Below, piece after piece: positions 20,144 through 30,586 of a stretch of DNA of 64,000 bases. Numbering within the stretch: the first letter of the stretch is position 1; each line of letters begins with the position of its first letter. The position numbers and the translations under genes are program-made. The notes under the pieces were generated by a model. It did no database searches. It worked only from the letters and a program-made list of their open reading frames with translations, and was not told where the DNA came from. Source of the stretch: Longimicrobiales bacterium (GTDB lineage: Bacteria; Gemmatimonadota; Gemmatimonadetes; Longimicrobiales; Gaopeijiaceae); assembly GCA_965226375.1 (NCBI GenBank), contig CBDDCX010000005.1, positions 1 through 64,000 on the forward strand, read 5' to 3'.

Positions 20144-22810
20144 CTAGTCGCCTCTCAGTGCGTCCATGGGATCGAGGGCAGCCGCCCTTCGGGCCGGCAG
20201 ATAGTTGGCGAGCGCGGCCACCGCCAACAGCAGTGCGGTCACTCCGATGTAGACCGCCGGATCGGTCGCACTGACGCCCACCAGGATACCCGAGACCAGG
20301 CCTCCGCCGGCCCAGGACAGGACCAAGCCAAGCACCACGCCGACTACCACGAGGGACATTCCTTGCCTGATGATCTGGCGCAGGACCTGCTGGCTCTGTG
20401 CCCCCATGGCCATCCGAATGCTGATCTCTTGGGTTCGCTGTCCGACACTGTACGAGATGACGCCGTAGATCCCGGCGATCGACAGGAGCAGTGCCACGGT
20501 CGAAAAGGCCCCGATCAGCCACGATGTCGCCCGCCGGGTCCAGAGAGCCGCATCGAGCTGCTCGGTCATGGTTTGCACGTTGTAGACCGGGAGCTCGACG
20601 TCCACCCGCGCGGTCATGGCGCGCACCGCCGACACGATCGTGCCTGTTTCACCGCGCGTCCGCAGTGCTACTGCGAAGCCGCTCCTCGGGGACTGGACCA
20701 GCGGCTGGTAGACGCCCGGCCGCATCTCCTCATCGACCCCGTAGTGTTTCACGTCGCGGGTCACGCCGACCACGGTCAGCCAGGTTGCGTCGTCGGCGGG
20801 CGCGTCGGTTCCGGGCGTTACCCGAGCCCCGATCGGGTCACTCAAGTGCGAGAGGTGTGTCCGGACGAACGTCTCGTTGACGATGAGCACGTGGTTGCCC
20901 TCTTCGCGACCGTCGAACGAATTGAAGGGACGCCCAGCAACCAACTCGACGTCGAGCGTCTCGAGGTAGCCCGGTGTCACCACGCGGTTCAGAACCACCG
21001 GGTTCGCCTCGTCTTCGGCCCGAGGTGGTGCCCCTTCGGCCTGGAAGAACCAGCCCCAGTGACCCCCGAGAGGAAGGTCGTTGGCGACCGCGGCCGACTC
21101 GACTCCGGGAATGGCGTCCAGTCGCGTGAGGTAGTCATCGACGAATGCCAGCCTGGCCTCGTCGTCGCCATATCGAGTCGACGGCAAGGCAAGACTGTAC
21201 GAGACGAGGCCATCCGCTCGAAAGCCGGGGTCGACCCGTCCCAAGCGGTTGACGTCGAGCATGCTCAGGCCGCCCACGACGAGCAGGGCCAGGGCGAGTG
21301 CGACTACGCCGGTCACGAGGAAGCTCATTCCTCGTCGGCGCTTCGCGGTGGCGGTGGACCGAGTAGTGCTCCATGCCGCACCACGGTTGCGCGATGCCTC
21401 CAGAGCGGGAGCGAGCCCGAACAGGAGGGCTGCTCCAACCGTAACGGCAAGTGTGAACACGAGAAAGCGGAGGTCGAGATCGAAACTGATCCAACGAGGG
21501 AACTGGTCGACCATCGGTCCCACGAGCGCCTTCGATCCCCAAATCCCCAGCGCCGATCCGGTCACGGCCCCCACCGCAGCGAGCACGAAACTCTCTGTTA
21601 GCAATTGCCGAACGATCCGCAGTTGCGGAGCCCCCATCGCGAGCCGCACTGCCATCTCGGGCCCACGCGCCATCGATCGGGCCGTCATGAGGCCAGCGAT
21701 GTTCGCGCAGGCGATAAGCAAGACGATGCCCACCGCCCCGAGCAGGAAACCGGAGCCGAGGCGATAGTCGCCCAAGTAGCGATCCCTGAGCGAGCTCACC
21801 ACGGGGAACGAGATCTCGTTGACTTCGAATTGGTCGACCAGACCTTTGTGAATCGCAAGAAGCTCGGCGCGGGCCGATTCGACTGATGCGTCCGGCTTCA
21901 GCCGCCCGATGCCGCTGAGGCCCCAACCGTCGCAATCCGTCTCCGACTCCTGAAGCGGAAGCCAGACGTCGACGCCGGCAAAGAAGCTTGCCTCGGGAGG
22001 TAGCACGCCGATGATCTCGACCGGGGATCCACTCAATGAGACCGTGCTACCAAGGATGCTGGGGTCCGCTCCGAATGGCTGCTCCCAGAACCCCTGGGAC
22101 AGGAGCATTGTCCTGGGTCCGTCGGGCTGATCCTCCTCCGGGCCGAAGAAACGACCGAGCACGGGCCGTATGCGCAGCACGTCGTCCATGGTGTGTGCGG
22201 AGGCGAGATAGTTTACTCGCTGGGCCGAGCCCTCCATCACGAGGTTGCCACCGCCGTAGCTGTAGACGGCCATCGACTGAAACGTGCTGTTGTTGTCCCG
22301 CCACGCAGCGAAGTCGCGGTACGCGATCATCAGGAACTCGAGATCCCACTGCGGAGCCGCCTCGTTGAGGTCGACGAGTTGTGCGGAGTCCTCGAACGGC
22401 AGGGGTCGCAGGAAGAGGCCGTTGAAGACCCTGAACATGGCGGTGTTGCCGGCGATGCCGAGCGTCATCAACACGACCACCATGAGTCCGTACAACGGTT
22501 GTCGCACGAGTTGGCGGACCGCATAGCGGATGTCTCCAATGAGTACGGACATGTGTTCTCCAAGGCTCTTGGTTACAGTGGACGCGATCGCGTCACGAGA
22601 CAGGGAGAACCACTCGCCGAGCGCTTGCTGCCCGGTATCCCACGCAAGGGACACCCAGAAGCGCAGCCCCAACCTCCCCCTCACCTCCTCCCACTCGGCG
22701 CACATGTCCCGGAAGAGTCGCTCCATCTCCCCACCCCGCGACTCGCGGAACTCACGGGGGAAGAGGTGCAGCAGCACCCGGTAAGCGCGCAGTCGGCGCG
22801 GAACCGACAC
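20144..22810 (-). CDS. ADOP-type duplicated ABC permease (MacB/FtsX) with N-terminal prefix domain
   Basis: [20 protein letters not shown] prefix; [54 protein letters not shown] 1 nt after the padR stop. Confidence 0.9.
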   Translation of the reverse strand: MSVPRRLRAYRVLLHLFPREFRESRGGEMERLFRDMCAEWEEVRGRLGLRFWVSLAWDTGQQALGEWFSLSRDAIASTVTKSLGEHMSVLIGDIRYAVRQLVRQPLYGLMVVVLMTLGIAGNTAMFRVFNGLFLRPLPFEDSAQLVDLNEAAPQWDLEFLMIAYRDFAAWRDNNSTFQSMAVYSYGGGNLVMEGSAQRVNYLASAHTMDDVLRIRPVLGRFFGPEEDQPDGPRTMLLSQGFWEQPFGADPSILGSTVSLSGSPVEIIGVLPPEASFFAGVDVWLPLQESETDCDGWGLSGIGRLKPDASVESARAELLAIHKGLVDQFEVNEISFPVVSSLRDRYLGDYRLGSGFLLGAVGIVLLIACANIAGLMTARSMARGPEMAVRLAMGAPQLRIVRQLLTESFVLAAVGAVTGSALGIWGSKALVGPMVDQFPRWISFDLDLRFLVFTLAVTVGAALLFGLAPALEASRNRGAAWSTTRSTATAKRRRGMSFLVTGVVALALALLVVGGLSMLDVNRLGRVDPGFRADGLVSYSLALPSTRYGDDEARLAFVDDYLTRLDAIPGVESAAVANDLPLGGHWGWFFQAEGAPPRAEDEANPVVLNRVVTPGYLETLDVELVAGRPFNSFDGREEGNHVLIVNETFVRTHLSHLSDPIGARVTPGTDAPADDATWLTVVGVTRDVKHYGVDEEMRPGVYQPLVQSPRSGFAVALRTRGETGTIVSAVRAMTARVDVELPVYNVQTMTEQLDAALWTRRATSWLIGAFSTVALLLSIAGIYGVISYSVGQRTQEISIRMAMGAQSQQVLRQIIRQGMSLVVVGVVLGLVLSWAGGGLVSGILVGVSATDPAVYIGVTALLLAVAALANYLPARRAAALDPMDALRGD

Positions 22811-22811
22811 G

Positions 22812-23132
22812 TCAGGTCCCGGCACGCCGTGCGGCCGCGGCCCAACGGGCGAGCATCTCTGCCTCGTCCTCGAGCCGAAGCCGTCCTTCTTGAGTGAGCC
22901 GGTAGTATTGCCGGCGCTCATCCTCGGGTTCCTCCACCGGAGCCTCCGCCCGAAGCAGCAGACCGCCCTCCTCGAGCTTGGCCAACGATCGATAGAGCAT
23001 GGCCGGCCACAGCCGCAGGTGTCCGTCCGTCTGCTCCAGGACCGCCCGCTGAATCCCATAGCCGTGCCGGTCCTGTCCCGCGAGGGCCAGAAGAATCTGA
23101 AACCACTGTGGCTTGAGCGGCCGCGCAATCAT
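22812..23132 (-). CDS. PadR-family transcriptional regulator
   Basis: [34 protein letters not shown]. Confidence 0.92.
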   Translation of the reverse strand: MIARPLKPQWFQILLALAGQDRHGYGIQRAVLEQTDGHLRLWPAMLYRSLAKLEEGGLLLRAEAPVEEPEDERRQYYRLTQEGRLRLEDEAEMLARWAAAARRAGT

Positions 23133-23291
23133 GAGGGCTCCCAGAGAATGATATCAAATAGTATTGGTATCGAACAGTATCAATATGGATGGCTCGCGGC
23201 AAGGAGGACCGACCCGGCCTCCTTGTGTCCCATGCTCGGGCCGAGACACCTTAGGTGCACACTCCCCTCCCCGAGCCGGCAGGACTCCGCC

Positions 23292-23792
23292 ATGGTCACC
23301 TTCACGCTGAATGGGCAGGCCCAGGAGGTCGACGTTTCGGAAGACACGCCGCTCCTGTGGGTCATCCGCGACACGATCAAACTGACCGGCACCAAGTTCG
23401 GTTGTGGGATGGGTCTGTGCGGGGCATGCACGGTCCACCTCGACGGTATCCCGACCCGCTCCTGCACCACGCCGATCGGCGCGGTCCAGGGAGCTGTTGT
23501 GACGACCATAGAAGGCCTCTCGCCGAGCGGGTCGCACCCGGTCCAGCAGGCGTGGATTGAGGAGCAGGTGCCCCAGTGCGGTTATTGCCAGTCGGGTCAG
23601 ATCATGTCCGCTGTGGGTCTGCTCGCCGAGGTGGACGAGCCTACCGATGAGGACATCGACCGGGCCATGACGGGCAACGTGTGCCGTTGCGGGGCGTACA
23701 ACGCTATCCGGCGGGCGATCCACAGGGCGGCCGAGCTGTCTCGGGAGATCGTTCTGATGGCCGACGGTGACGGGCAAGGAGGCGAGCGATGA
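23292..23792 (+). CDS. iorA: Isoquinoline 1-oxidoreductase-like alpha subunit (2x 2Fe-2S)
   Basis: [33 protein letters not shown]. Confidence 0.85.
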   Translation: MVTFTLNGQAQEVDVSEDTPLLWVIRDTIKLTGTKFGCGMGLCGACTVHLDGIPTRSCTTPIGAVQGAVVTTIEGLSPSGSHPVQQAWIEEQVPQCGYCQSGQIMSAVGLLAEVDEPTDEDIDRAMTGNVCRCGAYNAIRRAIHRAAELSREIVLMADGDGQGGER

Positions 23793-25959
23793 GCGTCTCG
23801 CGGCGGACCTTCATCAAGGTGGGTGCGGTAGGCGGCGTCGGACTCTCGCTCGGCATCTACTTCAAAGTGCAGTCTGGCCCGGGCTTGCCGCCCACCGACG
23901 CTGCCTTCGCGCCGAACGCTTGGTTACGCATCGAGACCGACGGCACGATCACCTTCGTGATCGGGAAGTCGGAGATGGGACAGGGCATCACAACGGCCCT
24001 TCCACAGCTCCTTGCGGAGGAACTCGAGGTCTCTCTGGAGAGCGTATCCTCGAGTTTGCACCGGCCCATCCGGCGTACGGCGATCCGACCATGGGGATGC
24101 AGGTGACCGGGGGGAGTACGAGCGTGTCTACTGGGTGGGAGCCCCTTCGGGAGGCGGGCGCCACCGTGCGCTGGCTCCTGCGCGAAGCCGCCGCCCGCCG
24201 CTGGGGTGTGGCCGCCGACCAGGTGCGAATGTTCGACGGGACGGCCATCCACACGGACGGATCGATCCTCACGTACGGCGAGTTGGCTACCGAGGCTGCG
24301 ACCATCTCCGTCCCGGAGACGGTCGAGCTCAAGGATCCGGCGGACTTCCGCCTGATCGGCACGTCACCGAACCGTTTGGACATTCCCGCGAAAACCAGGG
24401 GCGAGGCGACCTTCGGAGTGGATGCGGGCCCCTCGGACGCCCGGGTCGCGGTCGTGGCCCGTTCGCCGGTGTTCGGAGGCTCAGTCGTGTCCTATGACCC
24501 GGCGCCTGCTTTGGCGGTCGATGGTGTCCACGAAGTGGTGGACATCGAGAGTGGAGTGGCCGTGGTGGCTGAGGGCTATTGGCCGGCCAAGAAGGGGCGT
24601 GACGCTCTCGAGATCGTCTGGGATGAGGGTCCGGGGGCCGAAATCGATGACGCAGAGATCGCGCGGCGTTTTCGCGAGGCCGTCGAGGCGGGCGGGAAGG
24701 CCGCACGCGACGATGGAGACGTGGATGTGGCCCTCGGGCAGCCGGGAACGAGCGTGACCGCCGAGTACTCGCTGCCCTATCTGGCTCACGCCACCATGGA
24801 GCCGATGAACTGCACGGCGGTCGTCGCGGATGGACGGTGCACCGTGTGGGCGCCGACACAATTGCAGGATGCTCCGGCGCTGATCGGGGGGGGCTCTCGC
24901 CAGGCTGCGGCCAAGGCCGCTGGCGTCGAGGAGGACGCGGTGGAAGTCTACACGACCTTCCTTGGTGGTGGCTTCGGCCGGAGGGCCGAGTTGGACTTCG
25001 TCCGCGAGGCAGCGGAGTTGGCCTCGAAGGTGGACGGCCCCGTCAGGGTCGTATGGTCCCGCGAGGACGACATTCAGCACGATTTCTACCGGCCCGCGTC
25101 CTATCATGAACTCGAAGCCGTGCTCGACGAGGGGGGGCGTCCCGTAGGGTGGCGACACGAGATCGCGACGCAGTCGATCATGGCACGATTACTCCCTGGC
25201 TGGATGCCCAAGTTCGTGGCTAGCTGGGCCGGACTCATGCCTGACGGTGTGGACCCCACGGCCGTCGAGGCGGCGGGCAACCACCCCTATCATGTTCCCA
25301 ATGTTCGCGTCACCTGGTCCAACGTCGAACTCCCGGTCCCCACCGGCTTCTGGCGCTCGGTGGGCAACTCACAGAACGGATTTGTGGTGGAGTCCTTCGT
25401 GGACGAGCTGGCCCACGCGGCGGGGCAGGATCCGTATCAGTACCGGCGGACGCTCCTGACGGACCATCCGCGGCACCGGGCCGTGCTGGACGCGGTGGCC
25501 GAAGCCTCGGCGTGGGACACATACCCTCCCGAGGGGCGAGCTCGGGGTATTTCCGTGGTGGAGTCCTTTGGCTCGTTCGTGGCGGAGGTGGCAGAGGTTT
25601 CCGTGGACAACGGCAAGCTGCGAGTCCACAAGCTCTGGTGTGCGGTCGACTGCGGCGTGGTAGTGAACCCCGCCATCGTACGAGCGCAGATGGAGAGCGC
25701 CATGGTGTACGGACTCACGGCGGCGCTCTACGGCCGCGTGAGCATCCAGGGGGGGCGGGTCGCCGAGAGCAACTTCCACGACTACCCCATGTTGAGGATG
25801 AACGAGGCACCCGAGGTGGAGGTGGTCCTGGCGCCCAGCGGCGATCCGCCGGGTGGCGTCGGTGAGCCGGGCCTGCCGCCTGTCGCGCCGGCGGTCACGC
25901 ACGCCCTCTTCGCGCTCACGGGTCAGCGCGTCAGGGAGCTGCCGATCCAGTTGGACTGA
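23789..25959 (+). pseudogene. iorB: IorB-like molybdopterin subunit with Tat signal, frameshifted near 24046
   Basis: N-part 23789..24106 (SRRTFIK, SEMGQG, LAEEL). Rest in ORF 23767..25959 (TGGSTS, HATMEPMN, GGGFGRR, WRSVG, GGVGEPG). Confidence 0.8.
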
Positions 25960-25987
25960 ACGCGGCAGGGGTTGTCTGCCGCGGCGC

Positions 25988-26977
25988 TCAGGCGTTGCGT
26001 ACCGCCCTCTTCACCAGGTTCTCCATGAGCGGGATCTTGAAGTGGTTGTGGTTCAGGGGCTCGGCTCCTCGGATGGCGAGCGCGCCGGCCAGCTCCGCCG
26101 TCTCCTCGTTTTGGGCACGACCCGTGATCAGCTCCTCCACGTCCTCGAGGCGGCGCGGGATGGTCTCCACTCCGCCACAGGCGATTCGAGCGCCTTCAAT
26201 GCGGTCGCCCTGGACCCTCAGCGCCGCCGCCACGTTCACGAGGGGGAAGTCCCAGGCGCCGCGATCAGCGACCTTCTCGAAGTAGAAGCTCGCGTCCGCC
26301 CACGTGTCGGGAATGCGGATCTGCGTCAGGAGATCGTCGGGCTGGAGCACGGTCATCCTCGTGATGTCGACAGAAGGCTTCATGAAGAAGTCCTCGGCCG
26401 CCACCACTCGTTCGCCGGATGAATTCCGGATGACCATCGAGGCGTCCAGGGCCACCAGAGCGGGTGCCGGGTCGGAGGGAGTCACCGCGACGCAGCGGCT
26501 GGCACCGAACAGGCTGTGTTCGCGGTTCAGCCCCACCGGCGTGTTGGCGTAGCAAGTGTTACCACCGGCCCGATAACACGAGAGCCCGTAGCGGTAGTAC
26601 CAGCAGCGGGTGTCCTGGCAGAGGTTGCCACCCAGTGTGCCGGTGTTACGAATCTGTGGGCTCGCCACCCCCAACGCAGCCTCCGCGAGCAGTCCATAAC
26701 GCTCTTGGATGACCGGATGGCGCTCGATTGTGGTCAGAGTCGTCATGGCTCCGATTTCGATCCCGTCTGATGTCTCCCGGATGCCGTCGAGCCCTGGGAT
26801 GCCCGCCAGGTCGATGACCGCCGAAGGTTGCTTGCCTCGATCCTTGAACCAGCCGAGGCTGTCGTGTCCACCGGCGATCGTCCAACAGTCGTCTCCGAAG
26901 CGCTCGAGGAGGTCGAACGCGTTGTCCAGGTCCGCCGGCTGAAACAGCTCGAAATGCGACATCATGTCCTTCAACAT
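25988..26977 (-). CDS. Xanthine dehydrogenase family FAD subunit with 4Fe-4S insert (PaoB/HcrB-like)
   Basis: AGGHD, SPQIRNTGTLGGNLCQDTRCWYYR..CY..C..C, PSDPAPAL. Confidence 0.9.
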   Translation of the reverse strand: MLKDMMSHFELFQPADLDNAFDLLERFGDDCWTIAGGHDSLGWFKDRGKQPSAVIDLAGIPGLDGIRETSDGIEIGAMTTLTTIERHPVIQERYGLLAEAALGVASPQIRNTGTLGGNLCQDTRCWYYRYGLSCYRAGGNTCYANTPVGLNREHSLFGASRCVAVTPSDPAPALVALDASMVIRNSSGERVVAAEDFFMKPSVDITRMTVLQPDDLLTQIRIPDTWADASFYFEKVADRGAWDFPLVNVAAALRVQGDRIEGARIACGGVETIPRRLEDVEELITGRAQNEETAELAGALAIRGAEPLNHNHFKIPLMENLVKRAVRNA

Positions 26978-26987
26978 GGGCGGCTCC

Positions 26988-29384
26988 TCACGGCGTGTTG
27001 ACTTGCAGAGGTGAATGCGATTGCGGCCTAGCGGTCGCGGCGTTCACGATCATGTCCGGCACCACCGGCGTCCGATTGAAGTAGTGACCGCCCAGCGCGT
27101 CGGAGATGGCGCACAACAGGGCAGCGGCGGCACATCCCATGACCGGTTCTCCAATTCCCTTGGACCCGACGGGGTTCTGGGGGTCAGCAATGTTCACGGC
27201 TGCCCAGCCCATCTCGAGCGGCACATCCAGATAGGTCGGCGGCTTGGTCTGATGTAGACCCACCGTGCCCGGCAGGCCGTAGTGGGGGTCGTAGAGGTGG
27301 CGCTCGAGTGAGGCCATCCCGAAGCCCTGCACGGCGCCTCCCTTGATCTGCGTGGCCAGCCCCTGCGGATGGAGCACCGTCCCGCAGTCCGCCACGCCCA
27401 CGTAGTCGAGGATCTCGAACTGCCCCGTTTCGACATCGAGCTCGATCCGGACGAAGCCCGCCGCCAAGGCGGGAACGGTCCCGTTGCGCTCGAGGTTGTC
27501 TTTGGCCACGCCGATCAGCCCGCTGCCGGCGAGTCCTGCAACGGCGGACTTGGTCATTTGGTTGAGATCGTCGGGGACTTCCTGTCCACTGAACTTGCCG
27601 CCCAGCTCGACGGCCCGGCGTGCCGCATCAGCGTAGCTGAGGCGCCGCGACGGATTGGTTCTCGCGAACACGGTCTCGTTGCCGATCTCGTAGTCGCTCG
27701 GCGAGCCGCCCAAATCCATCGCGGCGATCTCCTTGAGCTTTTGTACCGCGTCCATGGCGGCGACGTAGTTGGTCCGGGTCATCGTGAACGACGTGTTGCT
27801 GCCGAACTGAGCCAGATTCCATGGCAGACCCCGGCTCGAGTCGCCACGGTGAATCTCACAGTTCTCCCACGGCACATCGAGCACCTCGGCGGCGACCCGC
27901 GACGTGCTCGCATAAGAAAACGTTCCGAGGTTACCGACGCCCGTATGGATATGCAGCGTGCCGTCTGATGTGATCCGTACCAGACCGTCATAGCCGCTTG
28001 ATCCCGCGGAGTGGTAGGCCTGGCCGACGCCGACCCCGATCACCTTCGAGCCGCGACGCTGGCCGCTCTGGGCCTTCTTGCCCGCCCAGTCGAACTGTTG
28101 AGCTCCGATGTCCAAGGCCTCGCGCAGATACGCGCTCGTGACCGTACCTTGGTTTGGGCCGTGGCGTGTGTCGTTGTCGGGGGCATTAATCCGGCGGATA
28201 TCCACCTGATCGATCCCCAACTCACGCGCTGCCTTGTCGAGTATCGGCTCGACGGCCGTCGCGATTTGGTTTTGCCCCGGACCGCGCTGTGCGCCGGTGG
28301 CAGGCGTATTGGTCAGGACCGGCATCCCCCGGAACCGCATGGCCGGGGGCGTATAGACCAGGGACACGGCACCGCTGGCGGCGTTCCAGTCCCCACCGCC
28401 CGAGTTGGGACCGTTCTCCTGGACGATGTACAGGTCGACCGCCGTGAGCCGCCCGTCGGTCCGGAACCCCATCTTGATGCGGCCCTGGAAGCCGGGACGC
28501 GCGGAGCCGATGAAGTTCTCCTCGGCGCGGCTGATGCGCATGAGAACGGGCCGCCCCGTCTTCTTGGCCATATAGGCCGGCACGGCCATGATGGGGTAGG
28601 CGCCACCCTTAGAGCCGAATCCACCACCGCAGAATTCGGCGATGTAGACCAGATCATCGGGCTCGATCTCGAGATATCTCGCGAGACCGGGCACGATGTA
28701 GCTCTGGCTCTGGGTCGATCCGTAGAGGTAACACTTCCCGTTCTGCCAGTACGACATGGCACTCCGGGGCTCCATGGAGTGGTGCGACGTGTTCGCCGTG
28801 ACGAAAGTCTCGTCGAGCACCAGGGCCGCTTCGGCGAACCCCACCTCCACGTCACCGTACGACCACTCGGCAAGTGGCTCTCCCATGGGCAACTGGCCTT
28901 CGCCCGCCTCTGCGAAGTCCGCGGCCGTCCACTTGTGCTCCTGGACGCCCTCGCCGCGGACCGCGGTATTGCCGTCGGTTCGGGCGTTCGGTCCGTCGGG
29001 GCGTAGACTGTCCAGCGGATCGACACAGAACGGCAGCGGCTCGATATCCAGCTTGATGGCGGCGATTGCGTTCTGCGCCGTGGTCTCGTCCACTGCGGCC
29101 ACCGCCAGGATCGGTTCACCTACGTAGTGGGGCTCGTTGGTCAGGATGGGGTTGCCAGGTGCGGGGATCTCGGGGACGTCGTCGGCGGTCAGAATGGCGA
29201 CGACGCCCCCCATGCTCAGTGCTTCGGATGCATCGATACCGCGCACGCGGCCGTGAGGCATGGGACTCGTGAGGAGCCGGCAGTGAAGCATACCATCGGC
29301 CCGGATATCTTCTGCGTACTTCGCCCGTCCCGTTACTTTGGCTCGGAGATCAGGAGGCGTAAAGTTCTCACCGATGAGTGCCAT
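26988..29384 (-). CDS. Xanthine dehydrogenase family molybdopterin-binding subunit
   Basis: KVTGRAKY, MEPR, GGGFGSK, QRGPG, KGIGEP (catalytic Glu). Confidence 0.92.
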   Translation of the reverse strand: MALIGENFTPPDLRAKVTGRAKYAEDIRADGMLHCRLLTSPMPHGRVRGIDASEALSMGGVVAILTADDVPEIPAPGNPILTNEPHYVGEPILAVAAVDETTAQNAIAAIKLDIEPLPFCVDPLDSLRPDGPNARTDGNTAVRGEGVQEHKWTAADFAEAGEGQLPMGEPLAEWSYGDVEVGFAEAALVLDETFVTANTSHHSMEPRSAMSYWQNGKCYLYGSTQSQSYIVPGLARYLEIEPDDLVYIAEFCGGGFGSKGGAYPIMAVPAYMAKKTGRPVLMRISRAEENFIGSARPGFQGRIKMGFRTDGRLTAVDLYIVQENGPNSGGGDWNAASGAVSLVYTPPAMRFRGMPVLTNTPATGAQRGPGQNQIATAVEPILDKAARELGIDQVDIRRINAPDNDTRHGPNQGTVTSAYLREALDIGAQQFDWAGKKAQSGQRRGSKVIGVGVGQAYHSAGSSGYDGLVRITSDGTLHIHTGVGNLGTFSYASTSRVAAEVLDVPWENCEIHRGDSSRGLPWNLAQFGSNTSFTMTRTNYVAAMDAVQKLKEIAAMDLGGSPSDYEIGNETVFARTNPSRRLSYADAARRAVELGGKFSGQEVPDDLNQMTKSAVAGLAGSGLIGVAKDNLERNGTVPALAAGFVRIELDVETGQFEILDYVGVADCGTVLHPQGLATQIKGGAVQGFGMASLERHLYDPHYGLPGTVGLHQTKPPTYLDVPLEMGWAAVNIADPQNPVGSKGIGEPVMGCAAAALLCAISDALGGHYFNRTPVVPDMIVNAATARPQSHSPLQVNTP

Positions 29385-29385
29385 G

Positions 29386-30084
29386 TCAGACCTCCTGCGC
29401 CGCGCGCATGACCCCGTTCAGGTAGTGATCGTAGGCACCGCATCGGCAGATGTTGCCGGCCATCCCCTGCCGTGCCTCCTCACGGGTCGGATTCGGATTC
29501 GCCCTCAGGAGCCCCACCGCCGCCATCACCTGTCCCGGCGTGCAGAACCCGCACTGGGGAGCCAGCTCGTCGATGAAGGCCTGTTGAACGGGGTGCAGCT
29601 CGCCCGAAGGGCTCTCGAGCCCCTCTACCGTGGTGATCTCTCGTCCTCGCACCCGGTGCGTGAGCGTGGAGCAGGAGTAGTGCGTGACGTCGTCGATGAG
29701 CACCGTACAGGCGCCACACTCCGCCCGGTCACACCCGAGCTTGGTTCCCGTGAGCCCGAGCTTGTAGCGCAGCGTCATGGCGAGCGTCTCATTGGGGAGC
29801 ACGTCTACACGACGGATCTGCCCGTTTACGTAAAGTGAGATGAGGCGTTCGGCCGCGCCGCTCTGAAGAGCCGGTCTGGGACTGGCGTTGGCCAGATACG
29901 GCACGCCCGATACGGCCACCCCGGAAGCGATGACTCCCTTGATGAAGCTCCGTCGAGACATACCGGAGCGGCCTGCGAGCCATTCGACTACCTCGCCGGC
30001 CTCGCCGAACTCGCTCTGTGGGGGTGGCGGGATCACATCAGGCCCTGAGGGGCCCGCGTGGTCGGAGGGATTCCTCTCGGTCAT
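29386..30084 (-). CDS. (2Fe-2S) subunit with Tat leader (PaoA-like)
   Basis: SRRSFIKG; GTKLGCDRAECGACTV; QCGFCTPG; NICRCGAY. Confidence 0.9.
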   Translation of the reverse strand: MTERNPSDHAGPSGPDVIPPPPQSEFGEAGEVVEWLAGRSGMSRRSFIKGVIASGVAVSGVPYLANASPRPALQSGAAERLISLYVNGQIRRVDVLPNETLAMTLRYKLGLTGTKLGCDRAECGACTVLIDDVTHYSCSTLTHRVRGREITTVEGLESPSGELHPVQQAFIDELAPQCGFCTPGQVMAAVGLLRANPNPTREEARQGMAGNICRCGAYDHYLNGVMRAAQEV

Positions 30085-30226
30085 GTGTGCTGCTCCGTCT
30101 GGGGCTACAGAACCAATCGTATGCGTGGGGGCGCAGGCAAGCAACAAGTCCATGAGGACAGGCGGCGGCCGCCACGGTGGGACGGGCATGCTTCAGGCCT
30201 GGACGAAAGAGATGTCCCGTGCTCTT

Positions 30227-30266
30227 AGTTGCACAAATTGTACAAACTTTACAAATTGTTCCAACC
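30227..30266 (+). promoter_or_regulatory. 9-bp tandem repeat with TTGTACAA palindrome, putative antitoxin operator/promoter
   Basis: GCACAAATT GTACAAACT TTACAAATT GTTCCAACC about 45 nt upstream of the Phd-like ATG. Confidence 0.6.
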
Positions 30267-30310
30267 TTCTGATCGGTGGGGCCGTCCAATCAGGTTGGAG
30301 AGGACAAATC

Positions 30311-30565
30311 ATGAAACAGATCACCACAGCCGAGGCACGAAAGCACCTCGCGGAGCTGCTCAATCGGGCCGCGTACGCCAAGGAGCGTTTCGTTGTCACT
30401 CGACACGGTAAAGAACTGGTGGCGATCGTGCCGCTCGAGGAGGTCACACTCCTCGATCGGCTCCGGGCGTTGCTAGCCGCAAAGGACTTCGAGGCAGCGA
30501 TCCAGGAGATGGAAGATTCCGGGACGCGGAATTGGGACGAGGTCCGGCGTGAGCTCGATCTGTAG
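30311..30565 (+). CDS. Phd/YefM-family antitoxin
   Basis: MKQITTAEARKHLAELLNRA..ERFVVTRHGKELVAIVP; C-terminal WDEVRRELDL; GAGAGG RBS. Confidence 0.9.
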   Translation: MKQITTAEARKHLAELLNRAAYAKERFVVTRHGKELVAIVPLEEVTLLDRLRALLAAKDFEAAIQEMEDSGTRNWDEVRRELDL

Positions 30566-30586
30566 CGTCTTGCCGGAGTCTACCTG

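Noticed and set aside
741..24050. Programmed ribosomal frameshifting at the four frameshift sites
   Set aside because: No slippery heptamers seen, and these families are not known to be recoded; indel error or decay is simpler.
30227..30266. Short repeats as CRISPR or iterons
   Set aside because: Only 9-bp units without spacers; no cas or rep gene.
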